A stretch of 64,000 bases of DNA. Origin: Candidatus Magasanikiibacteriota bacterium. GTDB taxonomy: Bacteria > Patescibacteriota > Patescibacteriia > Magasanikbacterales > GWA2-37-8. How positions within the stretch are numbered: position 1 is the first letter of the stretch; each line of letters opens with the position of its first letter. Below are positions 29,310 through 38,316 of this stretch, in pieces. The notes under the pieces were generated by a model. The model was not told the DNA's origin, made no database searches, and saw only the letters and a list, made by a program, of their open reading frames with translations. The stretch lies in contig JAHFHX010000003.1 in the NCBI GenBank assembly GCA_023246655.1, positions 24,875-88,874 on the forward strand, read 5' to 3'. Position numbers and translations under genes: made by a program.

Positions 29310-29387
29310 ATGATGAAGAAAAAAAAGATGGGTGGTAAGAAGAAAATGGCCAAAAAGAAAATGGCCAAAAAGAAAAAGAAGCGATAG
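29310..29387 (+). CDS. lysine-rich micro-protein, 25 aa (MMKKKKMGGKKKMAKKKMAKKKKKR)
   Basis: AGGAGG at 29296-29301, 8 nt upstream of the ATG. The TAG stop is followed by a strong terminator. Confidence 0.55.
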   Translation: MMKKKKMGGKKKMAKKKMAKKKKKR

Positions 29388-29395
29388 TGCTGAAT

Positions 29396-29430
29396 AAAAA
29401 ATCCCCGAATATGACGGGGATTTTTATTTT
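29396..29430. terminator. bidirectional rho-independent terminator
   Basis: Stem atccccg / cggggat with a 7-nt loop. Flanked by AAAAAA upstream and TTTTTATTTT downstream, so it can terminate both the micro-ORF and the convergent PHP gene. Confidence 0.75.
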
Positions 29431-29506
29431 ATAGAACTTCATAGGTCGTTTCATGCCTATAGCACGGCCAACGAGAGGCAAAGCAACAAATAGACCTTCG
29501 GCTCTA

Positions 29507-30898
29507 TCATTCAAACAACTGCGATTGTTTTGGTTTGCCCACCTTGGCATCGGGAAAAGGATCAACGACCCCATACTGGCCATCAAACCCAGGCACAATC
29601 TTTACCTTACCAACGCGCATATTCTGTATCCCAAGGGCAATATTTTTATCACTCACCGCCCGTTCAATTTCGGGTAAAGGAGAATGAAGTAAGATATTAA
29701 ATTCACTCCCTACCGCCGGTACGAGCCTTCGATATTCTATCTCTACCTTTTTACTTTTCTTCCCAGTCTCAAAACTTGCCGCGATAATCTCACGAAGAGG
29801 AACGATGTGGCGGTGAGGAATAAATTTTTCTAGTAGAATATCTTTCTCCAGGCGATCCGCCAAATCGTCCACGCGGTACAACACGCCGACCGTGAGTTTC
29901 TTCTTGCATACTGGGCAAATTTCTTTGTTTCGTTTGGTTTCAGCAGGAGTAGAGGAGAACTTACACTCTCTGTGACCGTCAAAATGATACATACCTTCTT
30001 CCGGATAAAATTCAATTGTATACAAAAACTTCTTTCGGTCACCCGTTTTTAAAATTCGGCGAATCTCGCCATACGTAATCTCAGTCTCAAACTGAAACAC
30101 ATTCGCCTCACGCCCTAAATTGTCCAGGCTATGCGCGTCAGAATTAGACACTAACACAATTTTATCAAGCTGGCTAAGCCGCCGGTTCATCGGTGGGTCA
30201 CTCGATAGCCCCGTCTCAATTGCAAAAATATGAGGTGTTAATTCTTCAAAACATTCTTCTAATGAATTATAGCCTGACTTTGAGCCAAACACTGCAAACC
30301 ATGGTGTCCAGGCGTGAGCGGGAATAACCATCATCCGCTCATCAAGCTCTAAACATATTTGGAGAACCTCCTTCCCCGAAAGTCCAATAATCGGTCGCCC
30401 ATCAGCCTTCAAGTTCGCCCCGCGATTTTCTAATTCCTCATTAAACCGTTTGGCAACTTCCAAACTCGGCGCAAAAATAAGTAAATGCAACCGCCTCACC
30501 TTATCCTTGTGTTTGTAAATACAAGAAATTTCCGTACCAAAAATAAATCTCACCGGCGTTGTCATTCCGAGCACATTCGGCAAGCTCAGTGTAAACTCCG
30601 TCGAGGAATCCATTTCACCCAAACGACCAAGGGATTTCTCCACTCCGCTTCGCCCTGTACCATACGGTACTGGGCTTCGCTCTGGTCGAAATGATAATTG
30701 ATAAGTGCCCGTCTTTCCAATCTCCACCAGATTCTCTTCCAGATGTTCCATCCACTTTGGATGCGTAAAATCCCCTGTGGCCACGAGTTGTATCCCTTTT
30801 TCCTGACAGGCTTTCACAATCTGCGGAATCTCAAGCAAAGGCGAGCAGGCTCGCGCATATTTAGAGTGGATGTGAAAATCAGCGATGATCTCGATCAT
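29507..30898 (-). CDS. PHP-domain protein of the TIGR00375 / EndoQ-like family, carrying an in-frame repeat insertion
   Basis: N-terminal PHP motif DFHIHSKYARACSP, and a C-terminal zinc ribbon CPVCKKKL. Extra segment RPERSPVPYGTGRSGVEKSLGRLGEMDSSTEFTLSLPNVLGMTTP. Confidence 0.55.
   Translation of the reverse strand: MIEIIADFHIHSKYARACSPLLEIPQIVKACQEKGIQLVATGDFTHPKWMEHLEENLVEIGKTGTYQLSFRPERSPVPYGTGRSGVEKSLGRLGEMDSSTEFTLSLPNVLGMTTPVRFIFGTEISCIYKHKDKVRRLHLLIFAPSLEVAKRFNEELENRGANLKADGRPIIGLSGKEVLQICLELDERMMVIPAHAWTPWFAVFGSKSGYNSLEECFEELTPHIFAIETGLSSDPPMNRRLSQLDKIVLVSNSDAHSLDNLGREANVFQFETEITYGEIRRILKTGDRKKFLYTIEFYPEEGMYHFDGHRECKFSSTPAETKRNKEICPVCKKKLTVGVLYRVDDLADRLEKDILLEKFIPHRHIVPLREIIAASFETGKKSKKVEIEYRRLVPAVGSEFNILLHSPLPEIERAVSDKNIALGIQNMRVGKVKIVPGFDGQYGVVDPFPDAKVGKPKQSQLFE
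30561..30697. repeat. family A-type palindromic element inserted in frame inside the PHP-domain gene
   Basis: Sequence tgtcattccgagcacattcggcaagctc...ggcttcgctctggtcgaaatgata, the same subtype as the intergenic copy at 30910-31005. Confidence 0.7.
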
Positions 30899-30909
30899 AA
30901 TATATGAAA

Positions 30910-31005
30910 CGTCATTCTGAGTGAAACGAAGAATCTTCTACTTACGCCACAATCACCACACGACTCGCATAAAAGGAAGATTCTTCGCTGGCGCTCTGAA
31001 TGACA
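30910..31005. repeat. family A-type palindromic element, intergenic, between the PHP gene start and the livF stop
   Basis: Runs from gtcattctgagtgaaacgaagaatcttc to gaagattcttcgctggcgctctgaatgaca. Confidence 0.75.
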
Positions 31006-31013
31006 AGAAAAAA

Positions 31014-31742
31014 TTACTCCAGCTTCCCTACAAACACCTGCTTCATAATAACACTATTCTTAAGAAGGCTGCAATAATCATATGCTACAATCTCACCCTG
31101 CACCATAACATACCCATAATCCGCAATGTCCATCAAACTCTTAATATTGTGCTCCACAATTAAAACCGTCGTCTTAAATGTATCCCTAATCTCACGAATT
31201 TTTTCAAACACTTCCTTGACGAGTTTTGGGGAAAGGCCAAGCGATGGCTCATCCATGAGGAGGAGCTGGGGAGAACTCATGAGCGCACGCCCAATAGCGA
31301 GCATTTGTTGCTCACCACCCGAAAGGGCAAATGCCAATTGCCGCTCCTTTTCAAGGAGTACGGGAAATTGCTGGTAAACGGTTGTCAACCGGTTAGTTAC
31401 TTCAGTCCGATTTTTTAGATGATGCGCGCCGAGCAATAAATTATCTCGAACGCTCAGCGTGCCAAAATTAATTTTGCCTTGCGCCACGTAAGCAACGCCG
31501 AGTTCAAGAAGTTGGTGCGCCGGCCACCCGGTAATTTCCACGCCCTCAAACCAAATCTGACCTGAGGTAATATTTGTTAAATTAAAAATAGATCTAAGGA
31601 GTGTTGACTTACCTGCACCATTCGGGCCCATGATAATAGAAACGGTGCCCGATTGCAATTCTAAGCTAACGTCCTTAAGCACAGGAAGATCGGCGTAGCC
31701 AGCGTTTAAATTAGAAATTTTGAGCATAACGTTTAATTCCAA
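31014..31742 (-). CDS. livF: branched-chain amino acid ABC transporter ATP-binding protein LivF
   Basis: Walker A GPNGAGKSTLLRSI, the LSGGEQQMLAIGRAL signature, and a LivF-type length of 242 aa. Confidence 0.85.
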   Translation of the reverse strand: MELNVMLKISNLNAGYADLPVLKDVSLELQSGTVSIIMGPNGAGKSTLLRSIFNLTNITSGQIWFEGVEITGWPAHQLLELGVAYVAQGKINFGTLSVRDNLLLGAHHLKNRTEVTNRLTTVYQQFPVLLEKERQLAFALSGGEQQMLAIGRALMSSPQLLLMDEPSLGLSPKLVKEVFEKIREIRDTFKTTVLIVEHNIKSLMDIADYGYVMVQGEIVAYDYCSLLKNSVIMKQVFVGKLE

Positions 31743-31829
31743 AGTGCCTAATTTCTAATGTCTAATATAATTTCCAATACTAAACCTGAACTTTTACCTT
31801 ATGGCATTATATTAGACATTAAAAATTTA

Positions 31830-32558
31830 TCATTTCCCCAAATACGCCTCCATCACCTTTGGATCACTAAGCACCTCATTTGGTGTGCCCGCTGCCACTA
31901 CCATCCCCGCATCCAAACAAATTACCCGGTCTGACAGTCGCCGCACGAAATTCATATCATGATCAATAAGGAGAACCGTTTCTCCACGCGCTTTAAGATC
32001 CAAAAGCAACTGCTCAATTTTTTCCTGAATCACTTTGTTAACCCCAGCGACTGGTTCGTCGAGCATGAGGAGTTGATGTCCCCGCCGGAGCGCCATTGCA
32101 ATTTGGAGAAGTTTACGCTGGCCGTAACTTAAATCGCTCACTGGCGTATCAAGCGTCCGTTTAATTCCAAACTGTTCAAGGATTGCATCATATTCATCAC
32201 AATGAACTCGCTCGCGCCGCCATATATTCTGCCATAATTTTGTGTCGGCATTGTCCGTCGCCATCATCAGATGATCCAAAATCGTAAGATAGCGAAATAA
32301 CCGTGCGTGCTGAAAGGTACGACTCATCCCGCGGTCAGCACGTTCATGAGGTAAAAGTTGCGTTACATCATCACCATTCAAAAGTACCCGGCCCATATCC
32401 GGCTCTACAAAACCAGCGATAATATCAAACAGCGTGGTTTTACCCGCGCCATTGGGACCAATAAGAGCAGTGACTTTATTTTTTTCTACTACAAAATTAG
32501 ACCCGCGAATCGCTTGCACACCTCCAAATGACTTGGTAATGTTTTCCACCTTGAGCAT
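31830..32558 (-). CDS. livG: branched-chain amino acid ABC transporter ATP-binding protein LivG
   Basis: Walker A GPNGAGKTTLFDII and the LSYGQRKLLQIAMAL signature. Confidence 0.85.
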   Translation of the reverse strand: MLKVENITKSFGGVQAIRGSNFVVEKNKVTALIGPNGAGKTTLFDIIAGFVEPDMGRVLLNGDDVTQLLPHERADRGMSRTFQHARLFRYLTILDHLMMATDNADTKLWQNIWRRERVHCDEYDAILEQFGIKRTLDTPVSDLSYGQRKLLQIAMALRRGHQLLMLDEPVAGVNKVIQEKIEQLLLDLKARGETVLLIDHDMNFVRRLSDRVICLDAGMVVAAGTPNEVLSDPKVMEAYLGK

Positions 32559-32606
32559 AATACTAATACACGAACGATCGTTTAGTATTTTTCAATCACA
32601 TGAGAG

Positions 32607-33479
32607 TTAGTCAATATCCACCTTCCCCAAAATTCCCCGCGGACGAAACAGTAAAATTAAAATCAGAATCACACTATATATCATCTGCCGCAGCGGCCCT
32701 ACCGCCTCTGGGGTAATGGGGAGAAACCGTAAAATCTCGGGGATAGCTAAAATAATAAATCCACCCAGAATACTACCAGTGAGAGAAGCTAAACCGCCGG
32801 TAATCACAATCGTCAGCACAATAATAATATCGGAGAGATAAAATGAAGTTGGATCAATAAACTGAATAAAATGGGCAAATAAACTCCCTGCCAACCCAGT
32901 AAAAAAAGCTGAGACAACAAAACACTGGTACTTCAGGCGATACACGTCTTTACCCAGCGCCGAGGCCCCCACACTATCATCACGCACGGCTTCGAGAAGC
33001 CGCCCATAGCGTGACCGGGTTAAACGATATAAAAAAAATAATGATCCAATGGTTACCACTGTTGTCAAAAGAAGAAATGGCCCACCACTTTTAATGGTCA
33101 GACCAAAAATCACTGGCCGGGGAATTCCCGGAATGCCTAACGAGCCCCGGGTAAGGCTTATCCAATTTTGTGCCAACGCCACGACCAAAAAATTAAACCC
33201 GAGCGTTACAAAGGCAAAATAATCACCACGTAATTTCTGAGTCACCACGGTAAGGAAGAGTCGGGAGAGGCTGCTGAGGAGTCCCGCCATAAAAAATGCG
33301 GGCATAAAAGGCACACCAACATCCTTGGTGAGAATCGCTGAAGTATAGGCTCCGATACCAAAAAGCGCGACATGTCCTAAACTAAGGAGCCCGGTGAATC
33401 CAATCGCCAAATTCAAACTCGCCGCTACTATGATGTAGATAAGAATGAGCGTAAAAACTTGAACAAGATATGCAGTCAT
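32607..33479 (-). CDS. livM: branched-chain amino acid ABC transporter permease LivM
   Basis: Polytopic permease. The start is moved to MTAYLV so that it abuts livH. Confidence 0.8.
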   Translation of the reverse strand: MTAYLVQVFTLILIYIIVAASLNLAIGFTGLLSLGHVALFGIGAYTSAILTKDVGVPFMPAFFMAGLLSSLSRLFLTVVTQKLRGDYFAFVTLGFNFLVVALAQNWISLTRGSLGIPGIPRPVIFGLTIKSGGPFLLLTTVVTIGSLFFLYRLTRSRYGRLLEAVRDDSVGASALGKDVYRLKYQCFVVSAFFTGLAGSLFAHFIQFIDPTSFYLSDIIIVLTIVITGGLASLTGSILGGFIILAIPEILRFLPITPEAVGPLRQMIYSVILILILLFRPRGILGKVDID

Positions 33480-33480
33480 A

Positions 33481-34374
33481 CTACTCTCGCATTCCCTTTT
33501 CCACACCTAAAATACCATTCTGACGAAACACTAAAAACAAAAACAGGACCACAAAAGGAATAGCTTCTTTATACCCTGATGGAATGACCCAAAGCGTTAC
33601 ATTCTCGGCAAAACCAATTAAATAACTGCCTAGAATACTTCCGGGCATTGATCCAATACCGCCCACTACTGAACTGGTAAAACTCACTAACGCAAAATTA
33701 ACCCCCATCCGCGGTTCAACATTACGCTCCAAGGCAATAAGAATGGCTGCACATCCGGCAATCGCTGAAGCAATTACAAAACTCAAGGCTTGAAAACGAT
33801 CGGTATTAATACCCGTGAGACGAGCTAATTCCACATTATCCGCTACTGCTCGAAGCTTTTTCCCGGTAGGGCTCAACTTAATAAATATCCAAAATACCAA
33901 CAGCAAAACAACAGAACAAGCGATAATAATGAGTTGAAGTGGCGTTACCAGAACTCCCCCCACATTAATTCCTGCTTGTACTTCAATAAATTCAAGTGTC
34001 TTAACATCTGAACCAAATAGTATCTGGGCGAACCCTTCAAAAAATAACAGTACCCCAGCACTTGCAATAAGCATAATAAGATTCCCAGCCCGGCGACGGC
34101 GAAGCGGCCGATAGAGAAAAATATACATTGCCAAACCAAGCACCATGGCGGTGATCACCGTCAAAATGCTACTCAGATAAAAATTCAATCCGAGCAACGA
34201 GTATAATCCATACAAGGCATAGGCCGCTGACAACAGTACTGCCCCATGCGCCAAATGCCAAAACCGATTGGTGGCGTACACCAACGACATCCCTGAAGCT
34301 GTGAGAGAATAAATTGCCCCAGCTATGAGACCATCCATAAATAGCTGGGGCAATATCGCAGTTGATAACTGCAT
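33481..34374 (-). CDS. livH: branched-chain amino acid ABC transporter permease LivH
   Basis: Polytopic permease, 297 aa, in an operon with livKMGF. Confidence 0.8.
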   Translation of the reverse strand: MQLSTAILPQLFMDGLIAGAIYSLTASGMSLVYATNRFWHLAHGAVLLSAAYALYGLYSLLGLNFYLSSILTVITAMVLGLAMYIFLYRPLRRRRAGNLIMLIASAGVLLFFEGFAQILFGSDVKTLEFIEVQAGINVGGVLVTPLQLIIIACSVVLLLVFWIFIKLSPTGKKLRAVADNVELARLTGINTDRFQALSFVIASAIAGCAAILIALERNVEPRMGVNFALVSFTSSVVGGIGSMPGSILGSYLIGFAENVTLWVIPSGYKEAIPFVVLFLFLVFRQNGILGVEKGMRE

Positions 34375-34392
34375 AGAAACTTAAACGTTTTC

Positions 34393-35541
34393 TTACTTCA
34401 TCACTTCGGCCTTACCATACTTAACAACTTTCACATCGTACTGAGCAAACGTTGGATCACCGTTACCGTCAAAGGTAATTGGTCCAGCTTCTCCGGGATA
34501 ATCTTTCACTCCATACAATGCATCCTTAAGCTTCGTGGCATCAGGACCAGCCTGCTTCATAAGACTAGATACTAACTTCACATTATCGTACGTGCGCGGA
34601 ACACATACTGTTGGGTTGCCGCCCTTATCTTTAAGTTTTGCCTTCCAGGCATCACTCGTATTGGCAGAATAGACGGTATACATCATTCCTTCGGCAAAGG
34701 AATTAGCATGGATTTTGCTATCATCCCACGCATCGCCCCCCAGCATTGGCAAATTTAAACCCAATTCCTTGGCTTGCTTCAAGCCGGCAATCGAAGCCTC
34801 CGTATAACCAACAAAGTATAAGAGTTCTGCGCCACTGCCTTTAACTTTAGTCAACTGGGCTTTAAGATCACGAGCATCTTGTGCATAATCCTGCGACAGA
34901 ACAATTTCCCCACCCAGTTGCTTAAAGGCAGCCTCAAAAGCATTCTTAATGCCAGTACCATAATCACCTAGAACTGCTAAAGTCGCTACTTTCTTTTTTC
35001 CTAATTTATTATACACATATTCCGCAGCAAATTTACCCTGGTGCAAATCGGAAGGATAACTGCGGAAAACATATTCTCCGGCTGTGGTGATACTCGGCGC
35101 GGATGAGCAACCCGAAATTAAGAGTACTTTATTCTGCTCGGCCACCGGGGCGACTGCTGTTGTTTCACCGGAACACAAACCACCAAAAATAACTGGCACC
35201 TTATCAACATTAATTAATTTATTGCCGGCTTGCGCAGCATCTTTTGGGTTGCATTTGCCGTCTTCAACTACCAATTCTAACTTCCGACCACCAACCCCAC
35301 CAGCGGCATTGATCTCATCAACCGCCAATTGTGCTCCTTTGAGCGTGTCCTGCCCAACACTGGCTGCATCGCCCGTAAGTGGACCAAGCCAACCTACTTT
35401 AATTGGCCCGCTCTCCTCTCTTGAGGGCAAATAAGAACCAGTGGTAACTTGCTTCTCTCCGGGAAGCGACGAACACCCTGCTCCAACCAGGAGCATAGCC
35501 CCGGCTACAGCAACTAGGAATCCTGCTTTCTTCATACACAA
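34393..35541 (-). CDS. livK: branched-chain amino acid ABC transporter substrate-binding lipoprotein (LivK/LivJ-like)
   Basis: Lipoprotein signal LVAVAGAMLLVGAGCSS, and a periplasmic-binding-protein type I fold. Confidence 0.8.
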   Translation of the reverse strand: MCMKKAGFLVAVAGAMLLVGAGCSSLPGEKQVTTGSYLPSREESGPIKVGWLGPLTGDAASVGQDTLKGAQLAVDEINAAGGVGGRKLELVVEDGKCNPKDAAQAGNKLINVDKVPVIFGGLCSGETTAVAPVAEQNKVLLISGCSSAPSITTAGEYVFRSYPSDLHQGKFAAEYVYNKLGKKKVATLAVLGDYGTGIKNAFEAAFKQLGGEIVLSQDYAQDARDLKAQLTKVKGSGAELLYFVGYTEASIAGLKQAKELGLNLPMLGGDAWDDSKIHANSFAEGMMYTVYSANTSDAWKAKLKDKGGNPTVCVPRTYDNVKLVSSLMKQAGPDATKLKDALYGVKDYPGEAGPITFDGNGDPTFAQYDVKVVKYGKAEVMK

Positions 35542-35630
35542 TTATAATTAATACTAAAAATTTAAGCTAACTTATTATATAATAACAAAAAAATTATGTC
35601 TAATGGGTTACCCACAAAAATTTTAGTTAA

Positions 35631-36299
35631 TTATAGGCTATACTTTGACCATTCAGCAGGAACTTTTATGAGTATCGTTTGGTAACTCAACAAAGTCGCT
35701 TGTTGGAATGTTAAAGATGTTGCTGCCAATGCGATTGCTTGATGAGACGAATCCTGAGAGGCTCCATATTTTACATCCCCCACTATCGGACACCCCATTG
35801 CCGCGAGCTGTGCCCGAATTTGATGCGACCGACCGGTACCTAATTTAATTTTAAGGAGAGAGTGTTTTCCATCTGATTTGACAACTTCATAACTGAGCTC
35901 GGCTCGCTGAGAATCTGCGAACTCTGAACTATGAACTGTGGTCCGGTTTGCCTTCTCATTCTTCGTGAGCCAATGCACCAGCGTTTCTCGCTCCTTCTTG
36001 GGTCGCCCCTCCACCACCGCGTGATATATTTTTTCAATGGTATGATTGCGAAATTGCTCCGATAATCGTGCTGCACCCTTGCTGGTTTTCGCAAACAAAA
36101 TAATTCCTTGAACATTACGATCCAAACGATGTAATAACCCCAAAAATACCTTTCCCGTTTTGTGATATCTTTGTTTCAGATAATATTTCACTTCATCCAT
36201 TAATGTCGGATCGCCCGTAATGTCCCCCTGGACCAAAACACCGGCTGGCTTGTAGACGGCGATAAGGTGATTGTCTTCGTATAAAATTTGTAAAGCCAT
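35631..36299 (-). CDS. rluA: RluA-family pseudouridine synthase
   Basis: Catalytic-Asp motif HRLDRNVQGIILFAKT, and ILYEDNHLIAVYKPAGVLVQ. Confidence 0.85.
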   Translation of the reverse strand: MALQILYEDNHLIAVYKPAGVLVQGDITGDPTLMDEVKYYLKQRYHKTGKVFLGLLHRLDRNVQGIILFAKTSKGAARLSEQFRNHTIEKIYHAVVEGRPKKERETLVHWLTKNEKANRTTVHSSEFADSQRAELSYEVVKSDGKHSLLKIKLGTGRSHQIRAQLAAMGCPIVGDVKYGASQDSSHQAIALAATSLTFQQATLLSYQTILIKVPAEWSKYSL

Positions 36300-36306
36300 A
36301 ATGAGC

Positions 36307-36428
36307 TGTCATTGCGAGGAGGCCCGATTCGCATCGGGATGATGTGGCAATCTCCTTGTTTACAAAATCAAATCTCCCATAAGCAGGGGGATTGCTTCGT
36401 TGTTCGTTCCTCACTCCTCGCAATGACA
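36307..36428. repeat. palindromic element, subtype tgtcattgcgaggag...ctcgcaatgaca, intergenic
   Basis: Shares termini and internal blocks (ggcaatctcc, ggggattgcttcg) with the element inside sucD at 44525-44616. Confidence 0.8.
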
Positions 36429-36430
36429 CT

Positions 36431-37318
36431 TCAAACACTCCACCGCGCAAAAATTCCTGCCGGCAGCAATCGCTCACTATCCTGTTCCGCAATCGTTAAT
36501 TCGCCAATCTCAATCTCTCCCCCAAAATCCTTCATTAAATCACCCAAACTATTTTTATACGCCACCGCCGAATACCCCGAAGCATAGCCATTGATTAAAA
36601 AAAATAATGGCTTCTCGCTCAAAACCTGTTTACACAAATCGAGCAGTTCCAAAAAATGCTCCTCAATTTTCCATACTTCCCCGCCCGGCCCATGCCCAAA
36701 CGCCGGCGGATCCATAATAATACCGTCATATTTTCGGCCGCGTTTAATTTCTCGTTTCACAAACGTCCGTGCGTCATCAAGTATCCATCTGATTGGTTTA
36801 TCCTTGAGCCCACTCAACTCCGCATTATCTCGCCCCCACCCAATCGCCACTTTTGATCCATCGAGGTGCACCACTTCCGCCCCTGCTTGAGCGGCAGCCA
36901 ACGTTGCCCCGCCGGTATATCCAAACAAATTCAAAACACTCGTCGGACTTTCTGACTTTATAGACTTTCGACTTTCGACTTGCTGGAGAACCCAACCCCA
37001 ATTCCCCGCCTGCTCGGGAAACACTCCCGTATGCTTAAACGCCGACAATTTAATCCAAAATTTGAGACCCGCCAACTCAATCGGCCAGCGCTCCGGCAAT
37101 TTTTTCCGTGTCTGCCACTCAGCACTTTTAGAATCACGCTTAAAATAAGCATCCGCTTTATTCCATTCACTTTCTGACAAGCGTTTTTTCCACAACGCTT
37201 GTGGGTCTGGCCGCGCAATAACGGCTTCGCCATATCGCTCCAACTTTTCGCCGTCGCCGCTATCGAGGAGCGAATATCCTTTGTTAGTTTTTGTTTCTAA
37301 AATTGAATACGTAATCAT
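36431..37318 (-). CDS. class I SAM-dependent RNA methyltransferase (RlmI/YccW-like)
   Basis: Motif I VLNLFGYTGGATLAAAQAGA and motif IV DGIIMDPPAFG. Contains an in-frame phased-repeat segment at 36945-36990. Confidence 0.65.
   Translation of the reverse strand: MITYSILETKTNKGYSLLDSGDGEKLERYGEAVIARPDPQALWKKRLSESEWNKADAYFKRDSKSAEWQTRKKLPERWPIELAGLKFWIKLSAFKHTGVFPEQAGNWGWVLQQVESRKSIKSESPTSVLNLFGYTGGATLAAAQAGAEVVHLDGSKVAIGWGRDNAELSGLKDKPIRWILDDARTFVKREIKRGRKYDGIIMDPPAFGHGPGGEVWKIEEHFLELLDLCKQVLSEKPLFFLINGYASGYSAVAYKNSLGDLMKDFGGEIEIGELTIAEQDSERLLPAGIFARWSV
36945..36990. repeat. GACTTTAYR-type repeat block inside a coding sequence
   Basis: Sequence ctttctgactttatagactttcgactttcgactt, which encodes QQVESRKSIKSESPT. 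Confidence 0.6.
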
Positions 37319-38127
37319 AGCGGACTTTTAATATTTTTTAAACTCGGATTCGTAACGTGCGTATAAATTTGCGTGGTACGAATATTCGCGTGACCAAGCA
37401 ACTCCTGCACAAATCTAACATCAGTTCCGTTTTCGAGCAAGTGCGTGGCAAAACTGTGGCGCAAACTATGGAACGTGGCCGGTTTGATAATTCCGACCCG
37501 GCGCATCGCCTGGTAAAAAACTTTTTGCGCCGTTGCCTCCACTAACCGCCCGCCGCGTTCACTCGCGAACAGATAGTCGCTCCCCTCTTTTCCAACCATG
37601 CATTTTTGTATCTCCGGCGCCAAAACAGCCGAAAATACCGTTAACCGATCTTTTTTACCTTTGCCCTGTCGTACCGTAACTGTTAGTCCGTTCAAATCGA
37701 TATCCTGCACTCTCAATCGCACCGTCTCGCTTACCCGCAAGCCCGCGGCATACGTAATCGCCAAAAGCGTACGATGCTTCAGATTGCTGGTGCAATCAAT
37801 CATCCGTTTAATTTCCTCCCTGCTTAAAACTACCGGCAACCTATTCGCCTGCTTGGGGTGGCGCAATTTAACGTATCCCTCTCTATGATAAATCTGAGTA
37901 AAAAGGTAATTGAACGCGTTAGCATACAAAGAAATAGTCTGGCTCGCCAACCCTTGCTTCTATTTATGATACAAAAATTCCTTAATCTCCTCCACCGACA
38001 ACTCTCGCGGCGGCTTGTGGTAAAAAACATAGATATCCTTTACAACGTGCGTATATGCCTCAATGGTTTTTGGGCTATAGTTGTACAACTTCATCTCACG
38101 TACTATAATATCAAGCAAGTTAGCCAT
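37315..38127 (-). pseudogene. XerC/XerD-like tyrosine recombinase interrupted by an in-frame TAG (37960-37962)
   Basis: The N-terminal 55 aa (MANLLDIIVREMKLYNYSPKTIEAYTHVV...) and the catalytic domain (HSLRHSFATHLLENGTDVRFVQELLGHANIRTTQIYTHV) share one frame, separated by a single TAG. Confidence 0.65.
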
Positions 38128-38316
38128 ATGCCCATAATACTATCATAAGTCAATATAACCTACAAATTGTTGCATACTTTACAACAACACTAGGGATATT
38201 AACGAGTTAAGTGAAATAAAATTTACACTTTTTATTTTTTTGTGATTGAGTGATTGGCAAGGGGGGGCGAATGTGACTGGTTTTGTATCATATTTCTAAG
38301 CAATTTTATAATTAGT

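Noticed and set aside
29284-29598. 104-aa minus-strand ORF overlapping the lysine-rich micro-ORF
   Set aside because: It is antisense to the poly-Lys coding run (giving FFFWPFSFWPFSS), it overlaps the 3' end of the PHP-domain gene, and it has no start context. It is most likely a by-product of the A-rich sequence.
37830-38148. Track ORFs 37830-38030 (minus) and 37858-38148 (plus) near the integrase
   Set aside because: They are in different frames from the integrase N-terminal domain. The real N-terminal fragment (MANLLDII..., 55 aa) is in frame with the catalytic domain and falls below the track length cut-off.
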